This document shows, in pieces, positions 1-13,140 of a stretch of 64,000 nt of DNA. A program made the translations under genes and the position numbers. Source of the DNA: Octopus sinensis. Its lineage: Eukaryota. The stretch is from assembly GCF_006345805.1 (NCBI RefSeq), contig NC_043004.1:28458001-28522000 (forward strand), given 5' to 3'. A model generated the notes under the pieces. That model did not search any database. It saw nothing but the letters and a program-made list of their open reading frames with translations, and was not told where the DNA came from. The stretch's first letter is position 1; the number at the start of each line of letters is the position of its first letter.

Positions 1-2058
1 CTTCGTAGTTTTTCAGTGTCTCGCCGACCAGCTCGATGTGCTCGTGGCTAGACACTATGACGGTGACGTCGTCCGCGTATGCAGACACGCTCGTCCCGAA
101 TCCCAATTCTCGCGGGATGCCCCTTAGAGTCGCCAGCTTCCGCAGTAGTGGCTCAAGAGTCAATACGTATAGAAGCGCCGAGAGGGGGCATCCCTGACGG
201 ACCGAACGTGCAATGTCGAAAGGTCTCGATAGATGTCCATTTACGCGAATTACCGAACGGATGCCTCTGTACAAGGCACCTATCCAGCCGCGGAAGACGG
301 GACCGAAACCAGCCGCTCTCAGGACTGCCTCCAAGTATCGATGGTCTACCCTATCAAAGGCTTTCGATTGATCCAAGTTGATCAGGGCCCCACCCATGCC
401 AGGTTCGTTAACTACCCTGTCTATGATGTAGCGCATCAGATGGAGGTTGTCATGGATGGTCCGGCCTGGCACGGCGCATGTTTGCGCCTTGTCGACCAGT
501 TTCTCGATGACAAGCGCCAACCTCTTGGCTAGCACCTTGGCCAAAATTTTCAAGTCTGCATTAAGCAGAGTGATGGGCCTAAAGTTATCTATTACATTTC
601 CCTTGTTTAGATCTTTCTTCAGCAGTGTTACGGCTCCTCGGCTCACAAAACCAGGAATGCTCCCGTTTTGCTGCCAGTTGCAGTACACCGCCGTCAAGAG
701 ATCTCCAAACAAGTCTGGCATACAATTGTAAAGCTCGTAGGGTAGACCATCCAAACCCGGTGATTTGTCCCTCGAGCATTCTGCCATCGCTTCCCGCACT
801 TCCGCCGCCGTGATGGCACCTTCGCAGCACCCTGCCTTTCTTGTCGAGAGTCGTGGTAGGCTATGTAGGTAGGCACTGAAGTCCACCCTACGTTCTTGCC
901 CTCCACTCGTTCCGAACAGTCGGGCAAAATGCTGCTGAAAGGCCTCACACATTTTACTTGGCTCGAGCAATTCGCGCCCCTGTTCATCTACCAGTGACCG
1001 AATGGTGGCTTTGTTGCCCTGTTGCGCCTCTGCCACCCGGGCCTCTCTCGCGGCTCCAACACCTTCGTTCCTTAGAGCACGCATCCTAGCTCTGACAGCA
1101 CATCCTTCGTGTTTGGCGTTGAAGTGTTGGTCGAGGGCCAACCTCGCCGCCAAAACGTCGGATGCGATGCCGCTTCTAATTGCCTCTTCTAGCTTCTTAA
1201 CTAGCTCACCCTCTACTCTATTTCTATCTATGGCTAGTGCTTTGCTGTACCTAATCGCTTCTGCTTTTACTGCTCTCTTGAGGGCAAACCACCATTTGTT
1301 GTTGGTGATGGCTCCCGTCAAAGCCCTCTTTACTAGTGTGCTAATCCGGTCTCTGAAAACCTGTCTCGATGGGAAAGACGCGTTTAGTTTCCAGTATCCG
1401 GGACCCTGCCTAAGTGTCTTACCTAAGTCTAGCGTACATGTCACAAGTTTGTGATCCGTGTAGCTGACTATGTGGAATTGTGGACATCCTATGCTATCTC
1501 TATCTACTGTCCTACACAGTATCCTATCTAGATACGATCTCGACGACCCGATGCGGTTGCTCCATGTCCACGTTGGCGCATTCGGGTGGTCTAGTCGGAA
1601 CCTGTCAGACAGTTGAAAGCGTCTGAGCAGGTCTCTGAGGCATTTGCATCCCCGTCTATTCCTATCTCTACCCACGTAGTCTACATGCGTATCCAAGGTA
1701 GCATTCCAATCCCCCACTAAGAGTAAAGGACGAGACGTTCCCAAGAAAACTTCTAGACGTTGAAAGAAATCCGCCCGACCTGTTAAGGGCGGTGCGTAAA
1801 CTGATACGAGTCGAAAAGCGCACCCATTGCTGCCGTCGACATCCAGGACGACCAGTCTACCCTCCGGGTCTACGAATATTGTCCTTACTTTGAGATCCAG
1901 ACTCTTGTGAAAAAGTACCGCGGTGCCACTACCGCCCATTCTCGGCAGACAGGGGGAAAAATAAATGTTGAACTGTCCGCCAAACATGGTCTTTAGGGCC
2001 CGCGGATTGTGGAGTCTGGTCTCGCTTATGGCTATGATTTCTAACTTATGTGACTTTA
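1..2058 (-). mobile_element. Tx1/L1-clade non-LTR retrotransposon, young 5'-truncated copy (copy A), ORF2 APE endonuclease + reverse transcriptase, runs off the window edge
   Basis: Manual minus-strand translation gives APE motifs ([52 protein letters not shown]) and RT motifs ([59 protein letters not shown]). The frame is open from ~1650 to base 2, with one apparent 1-bp frameshift near 1650. The 5' end abuts the (ATAG)n array at 2059. Confidence 0.95.
2..2058 (-). pseudogene. Tx1-type ORF2 (APE-RT), partial, single frameshift near 1650
   Basis: No stop codon found in ~550 codons from 1650 to 2, or in the ~135-codon endonuclease frame 2058-1650. Missing from the ORF track because it has no start or stop inside the window. 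Confidence 0.85.
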
Positions 2059-2133
<75 letters not shown>

Positions 2134-2136
2134 GCC

Positions 2137-2217
<81 letters not shown>
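2059..2217. repeat. compound (ATAG)n/(ACAG)n microsatellite
   Basis: Directly visible; separates Tx1 copies A and B. Confidence 0.99.
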
Positions 2218-2218
<1 letters not shown>

Positions 2219-3185
2219 ACTTTCTTTATTGGCCACACAGGGCTGAACATAGAGAGGACAAATATAAATGTAGAGCTTTTCTTTTCGAAAATGAAAAAGA
2301 AAAAGGGGGGAAAAAGAGAAAAGAAAGTAAAATTCCGATCAAAAGGGATTGGGTATCACAGAAAAAATTTTTAAAATGTAAGAAGTAAGATTAGGTTTAT
2401 CCGTGGAAAGAAAAGCCTACGGAAAAGACCACGGTAACCTCAGGCAGGGAGGGAATAGACACATGAGAGCAAAGTGCTCTCTCTCTCTCTCTCTCTTTTT
2501 ACGATTTACAAGATCATGCTCAAAGTGGTTTCGTCGCTCGCACGCACCATCTTTGCTACATTCATCCACCTTTTTTTGAAAGTTTCACGAGACAAAACCT
2601 GCCTCTCTTTTCACACCTTCCTTTTTAAGTGGTACTTGAAAAAGTTGATGAGCGATTGGCCAGAGAGATAAGTGTTTGTCTAACCCTTTCACTCGAGTCC
2701 ACCTCATACATTCTTTCACCATGGCCACCAGTACGATGAATACTGCCTTGTCTTTCCGGTTGAAGGAAGGTGGCGGAACAATTGACACGATAGACTCGGC
2801 CGACAGGCGGACTCGTCCCACAAGTGACAGCAGCCGTTCGACATAAACCCACAGGTCCGAAATGGACACTGCACGAATGCGTGCAGAACGGTTTCGTCGC
2901 TCTGACCGCATATCGGGCAAGTCGGTCTGGTGTGTCTGGAACCGTGCCTGTAGAGCTTATCCCGAACAGTAATGCTTCTTGATAGCACTGCCAGGCCAAG
3001 GATCTTTGGTGATTGTCCCTAGGTCCCAGCCGGAAATTTATCCTCACCAGGCGGGTCAGGTGTTCCTGGTCGATGCCCAGATTCTGCCTGAGAACGTCGT
3101 CGCACCTACCCTCCACTAATCTTCTATAGCCTTTGTTGTAATGAAGTCGTACAAGTTTGGTTCCGGACAGCAGAGTTGCTTGAGT
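2218..3185 (-). mobile_element. Tx1/L1-clade LINE 3' fragment (copy B): ORF2 C-terminus with CCHC knuckle, stop at 2506-2508, ~290-nt 3' UTR
   Basis: Minus-strand peptides [34 protein letters not shown] and [23 protein letters not shown]...[14 protein letters not shown], with frameshifts. The 3' end ...CCAATAAAGAAAGTTT runs into (ATCT)n; the 5' end starts at the (ATAG)n array at 3186. Confidence 0.88.
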
Positions 3186-3264
<79 letters not shown>

Positions 3265-3305
3265 GTAGATAGATAGATAGATAGATAGATTGATTGATAG
3301 ATAGA

Positions 3306-3365
<60 letters not shown>

Positions 3366-3367
3366 TA
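3186..3367. repeat. compound (AGAT)n/(AGAC)n microsatellite
   Basis: Directly visible. Confidence 0.99.
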
Positions 3368-3889
3368 AAATCAAACAAAAATGGAGTAGAGAGCCGGCTC
3401 CAATGCTTACTATCTATTTACCCAGAAGAGACGAAAAGCTAAATCGACCTCAGCGGGATATGAACCCAGAGCGTAGTGAGCTGGAACAAATGCCACAATG
3501 ATGCATCAAAAACTATATGAATGATATTCTAACAATAAAGAGTGAACCGTCATTCCTTTTAGCGAGAACTGAATTGATAGATTGCAGTAATAATTCAGCT
3601 GGTTAAGAATAATTTATTACTGTAAAAGTATTATTATTATTTTAGTAACATCTTTTTTTTAAATTCCGACTGCGGCTAGCATTAACTCTGATAACCCACA
3701 CCGTTTGTTTTTATCAGGCGAAATGCTCTCTAATAATAATATTGTTCCTCGCGATAATTGACAGAATTTATGCGAGACGGATTAAGATTATTCACATTAA
3801 GAGGTTTACTAATTTATATTTTTTTATCTTAATTCGTGAATAATAGCATCGGTGGATATTATGTATTGTGCTATATTTTACTTATACAT

Positions 3890-4083
3890 ATAAGCATGAC
3901 TGCGCGGTTAAGAAGCTCGCGTTGCAAGCACTTGGTCTGAAGTTCAGACCAACTACGTGGTACTTTGGGCAAGTGTTTTCTTGTATAGCATCGTGCCATC
4001 AATGCTTTGTAAGTGATTTTGATTGACAGAAACTGTGTGGAAGCCCATCTTATATGTGTGTGTGTGTGTGCGCGTGCGTGTGT

Positions 4084-4121
<38 letters not shown>

Positions 4122-4235
4122 CTCCCGACATTGCAGGATAACTGCTTCTGATTTGTTTACGTTACTTAGCTTACTTATTGGTTTGGCAAAAGAATGCAAT
4201 ATATCCCAGTAAGGCCGGAGTTCAACGACTGTAAA
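3890..4235 (+). mobile_element. tRNA-derived SINE family B (internal (GT)n), old copy
   Basis: Degenerate match to the 56061-56490 copy (ttgggcaagtgt...ctatagc, gacagaaactg...gaagccc, internal GT repeat, ggcaaaaga). Confidence 0.7.
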
Positions 4236-4334
4236 GGAATGTATGTATGTGTGTGTGTGTGTGTGTGTTTGCGTGTACATACCCATACACAAACGCATAA
4301 ATATATACGTATATCCACACATGCACACGCACGT

Positions 4335-5330
4335 CATTCGTAACAAACAAGAGAAAAATGGCAGGCCATCGAGGTAGGCCGTAAAGTCCGTCCTCATCTC
4401 CACTCTACCGTCTGTCCCGAACAGTTGATCGAAGTGCCACAAAAAGTAGTTCACACTTGCCTGTAATCAAGCATCACGCGCCCTCCCGATCTGTCATTTG
4501 CGGCTTCATTGCTATGTTACGCCTCTGCCCAACCCCTGAGCCATCGATTCTAATCTAACAGCCCCTTTCAGGACGATTGCTTCCAACAACTCTCTAACTA
4601 GTTTTTTTAATCTGGTCTTCGTAATCTTGGCGCACTGGGAAATATATCTTTCTATGTAGCTGATGTAGGTCGACTGCATAGATCACAAATTTATGGTCTT
4701 TGAATTATGGTTGCCCTATGCTATCTCCATCTACCGTCCTACAGAATGCTCTGTCTATATACTATCTTGATTATCCAATACTGTTCGTTCACATGTACAT
4801 TTGTGCATTTGGGAAATCCAGTCGGTATCTTCAGCTAGCCGAAAACGACTGAGCAGATTTGTGAGACTTTAACCGTCACATCTCCTTTCAACTAGCCCCG
4901 CACAATCCAGATGTGTATCTAAGATAATGCTTCAATCGCTCACTGGCACTAAAGAACGGTACGTTCCCCAGAAGACTTCCAGGCACCAGAAGAAGCTCGG
5001 ATATCCTGCCCCAATCGGAGCAATAATGGCAATGTCTTCGCTATTGTTCACGTCCAGAACCACCAACGTACCGCCAAGTTCCAGGAAGATCGATCACGTC
5101 TCGAGGGCGAGGCCTTTCCAAAACTGCTACACCATCCAGCACCCGGTTCAGAGTCAAATATGAGGTGCAACGATTTCAAAATCGCCCATAATGGGTGCTA
5201 ATACGCGTATGTCGTAAATCTTGACCTCACCCATGGCTATCACATTTAAAATTAGAGAACTTAGGTCAACGAACTGATGACCCTGTTTCCAGGGTGACCC
5301 CATGTCACTTTTAGTGCCAATTTGATTGAA
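4335..5330 (-). mobile_element. older degenerate Tx1-family copy (C): ORF2 N-terminus (APE + linker); possible ORF1 remnants to ~5790
   Basis: Minus peptide FLWHFDQLFGTDGRVEMRTDFTAYLDGLP matches copy [14 protein letters not shown]...[11 protein letters not shown]; the endonuclease region is colinear with copy A but has many stops and indels. Confidence 0.8.
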
Positions 5331-6267
5331 AAATAAAGAGAAAAAGAATCGGTTTACTGACCTATGTGGTGTTCCTGAAGCGAGCGACTCGGTCTTTTTT
5401 GAATTTTAAGTTTCCTTTTGAAAATCATTTGGGAGCATTCTGCAAGTCCTTACGATTAGATGTACCACTTTATTGGTAAAATTCTCCCTCAGTATTTTAT
5501 ATGCCCCCAAGTCCAACTTTATTAATTCCAAATTTTTTGACAATTTGAAAGTACAGGCCCTGAATATCTCTCCCTCTTTCAAAATTTCTGTTTTTATTTT
5601 CCAATAAGGACATTACTTTTTTATTTTCTGCCCTTTATCAGCACGAAGTCTGGGATGAGAGTGCTGTGCTGATCCATTTGTGTATTAGTCTGGTCTATGT
5701 GTTCTCTTAGCACTTTTTTTGAGGTGGGTATTGGTTTTTCTCGGCGGCAAGTTGTGGTGTACGTGTGCTTTGGGTGATGCTGTCGTAGTTCTGTCGCTAA
5801 AAAAGAATTACAAGTCTTGACTGGGGAAAAAATCTTCCACTCGTGATAAATTAAACAACTAATTTAATTATAGTCAATTAAATCGACTAGGCCAGCAGAC
5901 TCTACATGTTCGATATTAAAATTATATGCTGTGGCTGCTGGAACTAGCTTCCAACATTTATCCTGTTGATGACACGTATTGATGCAGAAACATGGGTCCA
6001 CAACAGTTCTATAGACAGTAAACCTGACCTAAACATTGATTCTGGAGTATTTTAGATTCTTGAAATTATATACCCTTATCATAATCGGCTGGTCTTAATT
6101 GTCATTTGGTTTTGGTGACACATGATTTAGAGACAAGGATAATTTCAATAAATCAAGATTTTGTTGCATAGTATACCCTGTTTTGTCTATGATGTACACA
6201 CAGACACACAGACACGCATACACATGCGAACACACGCATGTATGTATATATGTATGTATGCATACAT

Positions 6268-6289
<22 letters not shown>

Positions 6290-6336
<47 letters not shown>

Positions 6337-6436
6337 CAAAGCAATTAAGATTCAAGTAAATTCCAATGAATTTACTTGAATGTGGTACTTAACTTAGATG
6401 CACCAGAAAAACTATATGGTGTTAACCATATATATG

Positions 6437-6522
<86 letters not shown>

Positions 6523-6537
6523 CACATATATACACAC

Positions 6538-6588
<51 letters not shown>

Positions 6589-6590
6589 TC
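6290..6590. repeat. (AC)n/(AT)n microsatellite cluster
   Basis: Directly visible. Confidence 0.95.
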
Positions 6591-6629
6591 TTTTACTTGT
6601 TTCAGTCATTTGACTCCTCAGTTTGTGTA

Positions 6630-7080
6630 GGAAAGTCTCGCACCTATTCTCACCTTTGGTTATAAAGATGCACGATCGTGGATTAAGGCGACAGAAATGG
6701 AATATCGCTAGGAGATCTCTGGAGAAACGACGGGGCTTGTAACTCGGTTATAAGCGAATCTCTCCGGGTCGAGCCACTACTTCACTTTCAGAGGACACAG
6801 CTTCTGTACTATGGACACGTGATTAGAATGTCACAGGAAAGAATCGGAGGAAGGAGGGAATCTTCGAAGCAATTCAACTGACCGCAGGTCCAAGGATTGA
6901 CTAAGAACAAGATGGTTGGATAATATCCATAATCTCAGTTAGTCACGCATATGAATCCATCCAGAAAATCTAAAGACAGATTTTTGAGATATTTTTTGAG
7001 ATGGAAGGAGTGCCTGAGAACTCTAGCCCGACGACCCCTCCCAGAAATAGTGGGCGGAGAAGATGGATGTAAATGTTTTT
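6630..7080 (+). mobile_element. RTE-clade LINE 3' remnant
   Basis: Degenerate RT C-terminal motifs (P.LTFG, QLLYYGHVIRMSQER, R.RWLDNI) typical of RTE elements. Confidence 0.65.
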
Positions 7081-10000
7081 TTCCAGTATGGTCTTCGCTG
7101 CAATGGCTGTTACAGTCTAAACAACAAAAGTTCTGAAAGGTAAAGTTTCATTGTCAGTATATGATTGTACAGAGTTCAGGAAAAGTAATTATTTGAAAAT
7201 ATGAAACAAGCGAATCTAAAGGTCTAATATTCAGTAATACTGTAGTATTAAGAGTTTCAAGATTGGAAGTAACCAGCATTCAGTCGTCATACATGAATCT
7301 ACCTTGGAACGGTAAACTTATCGTCAGCACGTGTACCAAATTTCAGTGTTATAATTTAAGGAGTAGCTCATCAAAAAAGGAAACAATTTCTTCTATTTAC
7401 ATGTAAGTAACGGGTTTATTCTGTTGGAGTTAGGGCCTACCTAGAGACAACGGCTGCTGTCAGATGGGACGATGGACTCTCCTCAAGTACAATTTCTTGA
7501 TATTCTAGTATTTTAAATAAGTCTCGTTATAACCACAATAGTTGGTATTCCAAATGCAATTGGATGCAAATGTAGTGAGAGTAAATCGTTTAAGGAAATT
7601 AACAACTTTATTTACCAGAAAGGTAACACAAATCGAAAATCCAGTCTTCGATTGTGTACAGTTAATGTACACCATAGCACCGATGATAGGATGCAAATAA
7701 TTTTTGTTTTCTTTTCTATTGTTGTAGAGTAGAACGAGCCAGTGCTAGTTCAACAGCTACATATAAGTAAATGTTATAATGAAGTGGCTTCTTTGCATAA
7801 ACTACAGCAATTCTGTGTTTGACGAGTTTCTTCTTAAACCACAATGTTGATATTGTGATTTACACTATGAACCGGCTGTCATCTGTAGACTTCTCACCAC
7901 TTCTAGAAGTGATCAATCATATTAATGAACACTTTCTCAAAGTATTTGTCATACGGAAGAACTACATCCACAGATTGTTATATCTTAGAGAAGAAACAAT
8001 TAGATGCAAATTATAGCTGTTGGCTTTGAGTATAATGCTAATTGATAACAAGAGGTAATTCGACATATCGAAGTGTCGGGGTATGGACCGACATGGATCG
8101 TGTAGCGGGATACATTCGATCCAGTGACAACAAGATCGTGCTCTATGACTTTACCTTTAGCTTAACAGAATATAACGATAGTTTAATTTAGGTGATATAG
8201 TTTAGAAATGGTTGGGTTCTGCCAGTTTCTGATAATTATAGGCTCTACGTAAATTCTTTAGAGGTCAAGTGCTAATAAAGTTTTGTGAATTTAATTATCA
8301 ACGTCATCGTTATCACAAACACCATCTTCATCAATGCATCTCCACTTCAATGACCAACAGAGAGGGAACTTGAAGTCACTCGATCTCATTCATGTCGCAC
8401 CCTCTAGTCTTGAAAAAGATTAAATGACACATTAGAATACCGTTAACCCTAAGTATCCCTAGAAAGACGAAATAATCATGGCTCTAAATACCTTTATTTA
8501 TAGTCCGCTCAATGAAGGCAAACGGAGCTCTAGACAGCACAACTGAACCTCTTCCTTGATATTAAACGTCATTATGAAAAAAATGCCTGTCATAATTAAA
8601 TTTACTTTTCATACTTTTTTCCTGATATTTTTTCATAACTTTTATATTTGATTACTCTTATTTGAATCCATAGAAATATATTAATATTTTATGAATAACG
8701 TGATTTTTTTAAGGAAATAAATTATTTCCTAATCTCAAGAGCAAAACGAAAAATGAATGATTTAACATATCCCCGTCGTTTGTATCTGTTGACGGCCACT
8801 TAATAGTAACTAATTTTTCTCTTTCAATATTCCTTAAAGAAGTCAAGTGGCATCATTGATAACATAATATTTATGAATGGAATGGGGAATATATATGGTT
8901 TACACTTACAGCTTCTGTTCAGCGAAATTTTTCACTTGACGCTTACATATTCTCACGATACTAAAGCGTTTTTCTTTAATTTTCTTTTTTTTATTTGAGT
9001 ATTTATTTTTTATGGCTTATTTATGAGAAGAACGGCAGCGTCTATGACATTTTTACAAGACTTTTGAGGCTAGCGGGTGGGGGTAGGAAGAAAAAAATTA
9101 TTATCAAAGCGACGTTCTGGTCTACATGCTTATAACAAAGTAGGTTCCAATTAAAGGTATCAAAGGCCTACGTAGAGGTGTTAAAATGAATTGTAGATTA
9201 GATCTACCATCGCTGAACACTAGCTTTTGATTCTATTAAAGCACATCTATAGACTCCATTCATGACTCATGTCTTGAATCTTTAGCTTCCTTTTAGATGA
9301 CACCATCGTGGTATATAATTTTTCATCCATACTTTAATTATTCCTGAGTGGCCCTCAACGCTCGGTTTGTCTCCCAGCTTTAATACAAGAACGATCTACA
9401 TGTCTCCATCTCCAACAACACCCACACCTCTGCACACAATATTGCCTTTCTTTCCTCGCTAAGTATCGCCGACACCTAACCTAGACACGCCGTACCAATT
9501 CACTGTCTGCGTAAACTGAGAATGAAAATCTGTTTTATGAGTGTCATGTCGAACTTGACTCACTTTAAAACACAATTACACAATCACTACGCATATCAAA
9601 AGACCAATAGCTTTAGCTTGAACAAAACGCAATTAGATCTCTCAAGATGGCACGTTCTCATCATAGCAAACACAGTGCCTGCATCAACCAATAACTTTGA
9701 AGGTTAACAAGGGTTCAATTTCAGGTATCGTAAGGAAAGGATTTTAGTCAAGACCGCATTTTGAAGGTACTTGTTCATCACCTCCTGAGTGTGAAAGGCA
9801 AAATCAAAACTAGTAGAATGTAAAAGGAGAAAGTAATTTGTCACTTGGTTTGACACTATCACTTCCCTGTTGGGTGGTTTTAGCGGAACCCACTCTGTTA
9901 CAAGCATTCGAGTTAGTTCTCTGAACAGTAAATACATTTCTCCTTTCACTTCAACAATCATATCACCTTGAAAATGTTCGTGTGTTATGCTTTTAACCTT

Positions 10001-10619
10001 GAAGTTAAGTCATTAAAATTAATATAAAGAGACTTTAATCAATAACAGAAGACATTTAATCCTGCATTATACTTTTCTGCGATACTATCCTCGAAGTTGT
10101 GATAATTGATAATACGTAGCGTGAGTATTTGAAAATTAAATTCCTATCAATTATAAATATTCTACAACAAATGTTTTCAGGGCAATGGTAAACGCTTGAT
10201 TACCGACGAAGGGCCTAACGCCAAAATAGTAGCTAGAGAAGTAATGGATATGGAACTAAAGCGATGAATATGGTACTACACTAGTAAATATGACACTAAA
10301 ACGGTGAAAATTATACTAAACCGGTCTATGGTGGACAGTTTAGTTCTGTTAACTTTCATCACAAAAGCAGAATCTTTACACTGAGATTATTTCAGTTCCC
10401 TGTCATTTAAAAGTTATAAATTCAATTGCCTATCTGGTCAAGGGGAAAGAAAATTCCCTCGACTGAGATAAAATCACTGAGTTATTACAATCTACACGCA
10501 CAACTAGATGCTCTATCTCAGCAACAAAACTATTTTACCTAATGACAAATGATATATTATCAAGAATCAAATCTGACTAGCTTGAGATGTGATTCAATCG
10601 TAATTTTCGGAGAAATTAA

Positions 10620-11330
10620 AAACAGAAAAGTAATGGACCTTTAACTATTGGAGTTTTGAGGGATTTCAACCAATTTCGATACGCTGAAAGCCGGAATCGC
10701 CATACGTTCCCACAAAAACTATTCAAACCAAACAAGTTTACCCCCCCCCCCCCCCCACACACACATATCAACAAGTGTAAACGAAAGAGTCCGTTGTTAG
10801 AGGAAGCGCTAAGGGACACTACCAGAAAACAGGTTACCACGTATTTGCAATTTTGCGGAAAAGAAGCAAGTTTGAAGGAAGTTGTCTTCCACAACAACCA
10901 TAGTTGTGTTTATTTACTCTGCATGAAACAACTAACGACTGTCTGTTTCTCTAAGAAAGAGCTGGAAGTGAAAAACAGCAGCGTGTATGAGGATAGTGAT
11001 TCATGAGGGGACTATGTGCAGTTCCCTAATCTTTGTAACCTAGTGTCGATTGGTTGTCCTGGAAAGTTTGTCAAAATTGACGAAACGGTGTACTCTGAAT
11101 AGGAATACAACCGAGAAAGGATGCTACCGGAAAAGTGTGTTACACTAATATCCCAGAGATACTCAATTCCAATTTTCGGCAAAGAACGCCACAGCGTCGA
11201 ATCTGACAACTGAGAAGATGGGAACCACACGGATAAGGTTGAAGATATGCGAAACTACTTTAATACATCAAATAAACAGCGCTATGGTAGTCATCATTTT
11301 ATGATTGATTCATATCTGTTAGTTTATGCG
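10620..11330 (+). mobile_element. Merlin/IS1595(ISXO2)-like transposase relic
   Basis: Plus-strand IGCPGKFVKIDETVYSE*EYNRER at ~11050-11115 matches the Merlin motif GGPGxxVEIDESxFxKRKYNRGR; later GNHTDKVEDM resembles GxHTQxIE. TIRs not found. Confidence 0.55.
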
Positions 11331-11754
11331 ACCTGCTTCAATATGTTTCATCTTTAAAGGCTGTGTGTCGCTTATTATTCATTTCTCATAAAACACCGCA
11401 TAAATAAATATATATATATATCCAGGGCAGGCTGGCAAAAAAAAAAAAAAAGAAAAGAGGTGCGGAAATGTGGCAGTTCCGACTTCCGGTTTATCGAGAT
11501 TGCGAGACACAGATTGGCTGGAATTAAAGAAAAAAAAATATTTTTACGGCTTGTAACTTTATTATCAATTTCCTCCCAAATGACACCAGAAATGAATGAC
11601 ACAATATTAAACAAAAGAAATGTCGATTTATCGTCTGGCAACTAACAAGAATGAATTATAATTTATTTATTTTTATTTTAGCTATTCATTGCACACACAC
11701 ACACACACACACACACGCGCACACACACACACACACACAGATATACACATACAC

Positions 11755-11890
11755 ACATAGTTCAAATTTACAGAAAACAAAAGGCGAAGACAAGTGAGGG
11801 AACAACAAGCAGGTGTATTAGTTTAACTCTCGGAAAGAATGGAAATGACTTTGACGTTTTGAGCCTACCCACTTCGACAGAAAGGAGGGG
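11755..11890 (-). mobile_element. Penelope-like terminal-repeat relic; related fragment at ~45175-45270
   Basis: Both fragments share gagcctac(g/c)c(t/a)cttc and an upstream gttcaaatt.acag.aaaacaaa tract. Penelope assignment is by resemblance only. Confidence 0.4.
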
Positions 11891-12955
11891 GAAAACAGAG
11901 AGAGAAAAACTCTGTAGGGGTTAACAGTTCAACATGATTAGATGGCCGAAGATGTTAATGATGATATCGATAAATATTCTACTGTTATTATTTTGGGCTA
12001 CTTTGTTTAGTACTGTGCTCCTTTCTGTTAGGATCCCGGCAAAAGTGACTTTCATAATTCTCATAGTGACCACACGCAAATACACACATATATATATTTG
12101 TACAAAGCTGATGACTCATCCGGTTCCTCCTCACATTTCCTGTGTTGATACGATCTCTCGGACAATGAACATTCACCTTTGCAGTCAATTTAAAGACCGC
12201 ATTGGATGAAAAACCCTGGGAAATCACTCACACTTTATTTCAAGTACTGATTTCATTTTCCTTTGCAAAATCGTAAACGTGTATTTTTACGATTAAAATA
12301 ACGCATAATAAAAAATATATATACAAACCAAACATACATATAAATATACATATATGTGCTTAAGTATTTACGTATGTATGTTTGTGTTGTCGATTAGTCC
12401 TGGATTTATCTCGTCAAAATTTATGATGAAAGGCTTTCTAGTCGTGGCAATCCCGTATGCCATGAGCTATATTGTTCAACATAGCTTTTATCTAATGTTG
12501 TGATATATGAGTGTTCTGACTTCTAATTTTGGCTGATTAAGAAATCATGTGTCAGCTGTCTGTTCGACAAAATTGTTTGCAAATAAACCAAATTTTTTTT
12601 GCCTTTCCCCTCTAATCATAAAGTCTGTTTCCTTCTCCTCTTCTGACTTACATTTTTTTTACCTATTCAGAGTAGGTGACTGAACTAACAGGCTAGTCTT
12701 TTCGTTACCTCAAATGTAGCCACATTGAGTAGATACCTGATTTTTAAAGAAATTTTATTATATAAGGACAGTTGGTACCCATTCTGTGTAACTAAATTGT
12801 ATTTCCTATTACATGCGTACTTGTCCTATCATGCCTTCAGCAAACGGAAATCGTGTGTGTATTTATCAAACCCTGACACACCTAATGGCGAAAGTGTTTA
12901 GAATTAAAAAGAGTTTGCCATAGTTATCATACATCTCTTTTTACTTATGTACGCA

Positions 12956-13140
12956 TAAGGTGGTAGGCTGGCAGAATCATTAGCACACTGGGCTTAATGC
13001 TTGGTGACATTGTTCGAGCTTTAAATTCTGAATTCAAATGCCGCCAAGATCAACTTTGCCTGGGCTCTGGAGCCGATGTAATCGACTAGATTCTTCCCAA
13101 CAACTTTCAAATCTTGTGCCTATAATAGAAAAGATTATTA
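12956..13140 (+). mobile_element. SINE family A (Nin/Deu-like core), old copy
   Basis: Head taaggtggtaggctggcagaatc and tail cttgtgcctataatagaaaagattatta match other family A copies. Confidence 0.7.

Noticed and set aside
79-1454. Plus-strand and alternate-frame ORFs (79-381, 233-532, 447-731, 625-813, 1002-1454, 585-830, 694-987)
   Set aside because: Shadows of the GC-rich Tx1 ORF2 on the minus strand; no recognisable protein features.
7340-8130. Coding-like tract that might be a decayed CACTA/EnSpm-type transposase
   Set aside because: No unambiguous motif or terminal repeat could be read; needs a profile search.
9704-9990. 85-aa minus-strand ORF (MIVEVKGEMYLLFRELTRML...) as a possible exon
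   Set aside because: No recognisable domain, no convincing splice pair, and no neighbouring exons.
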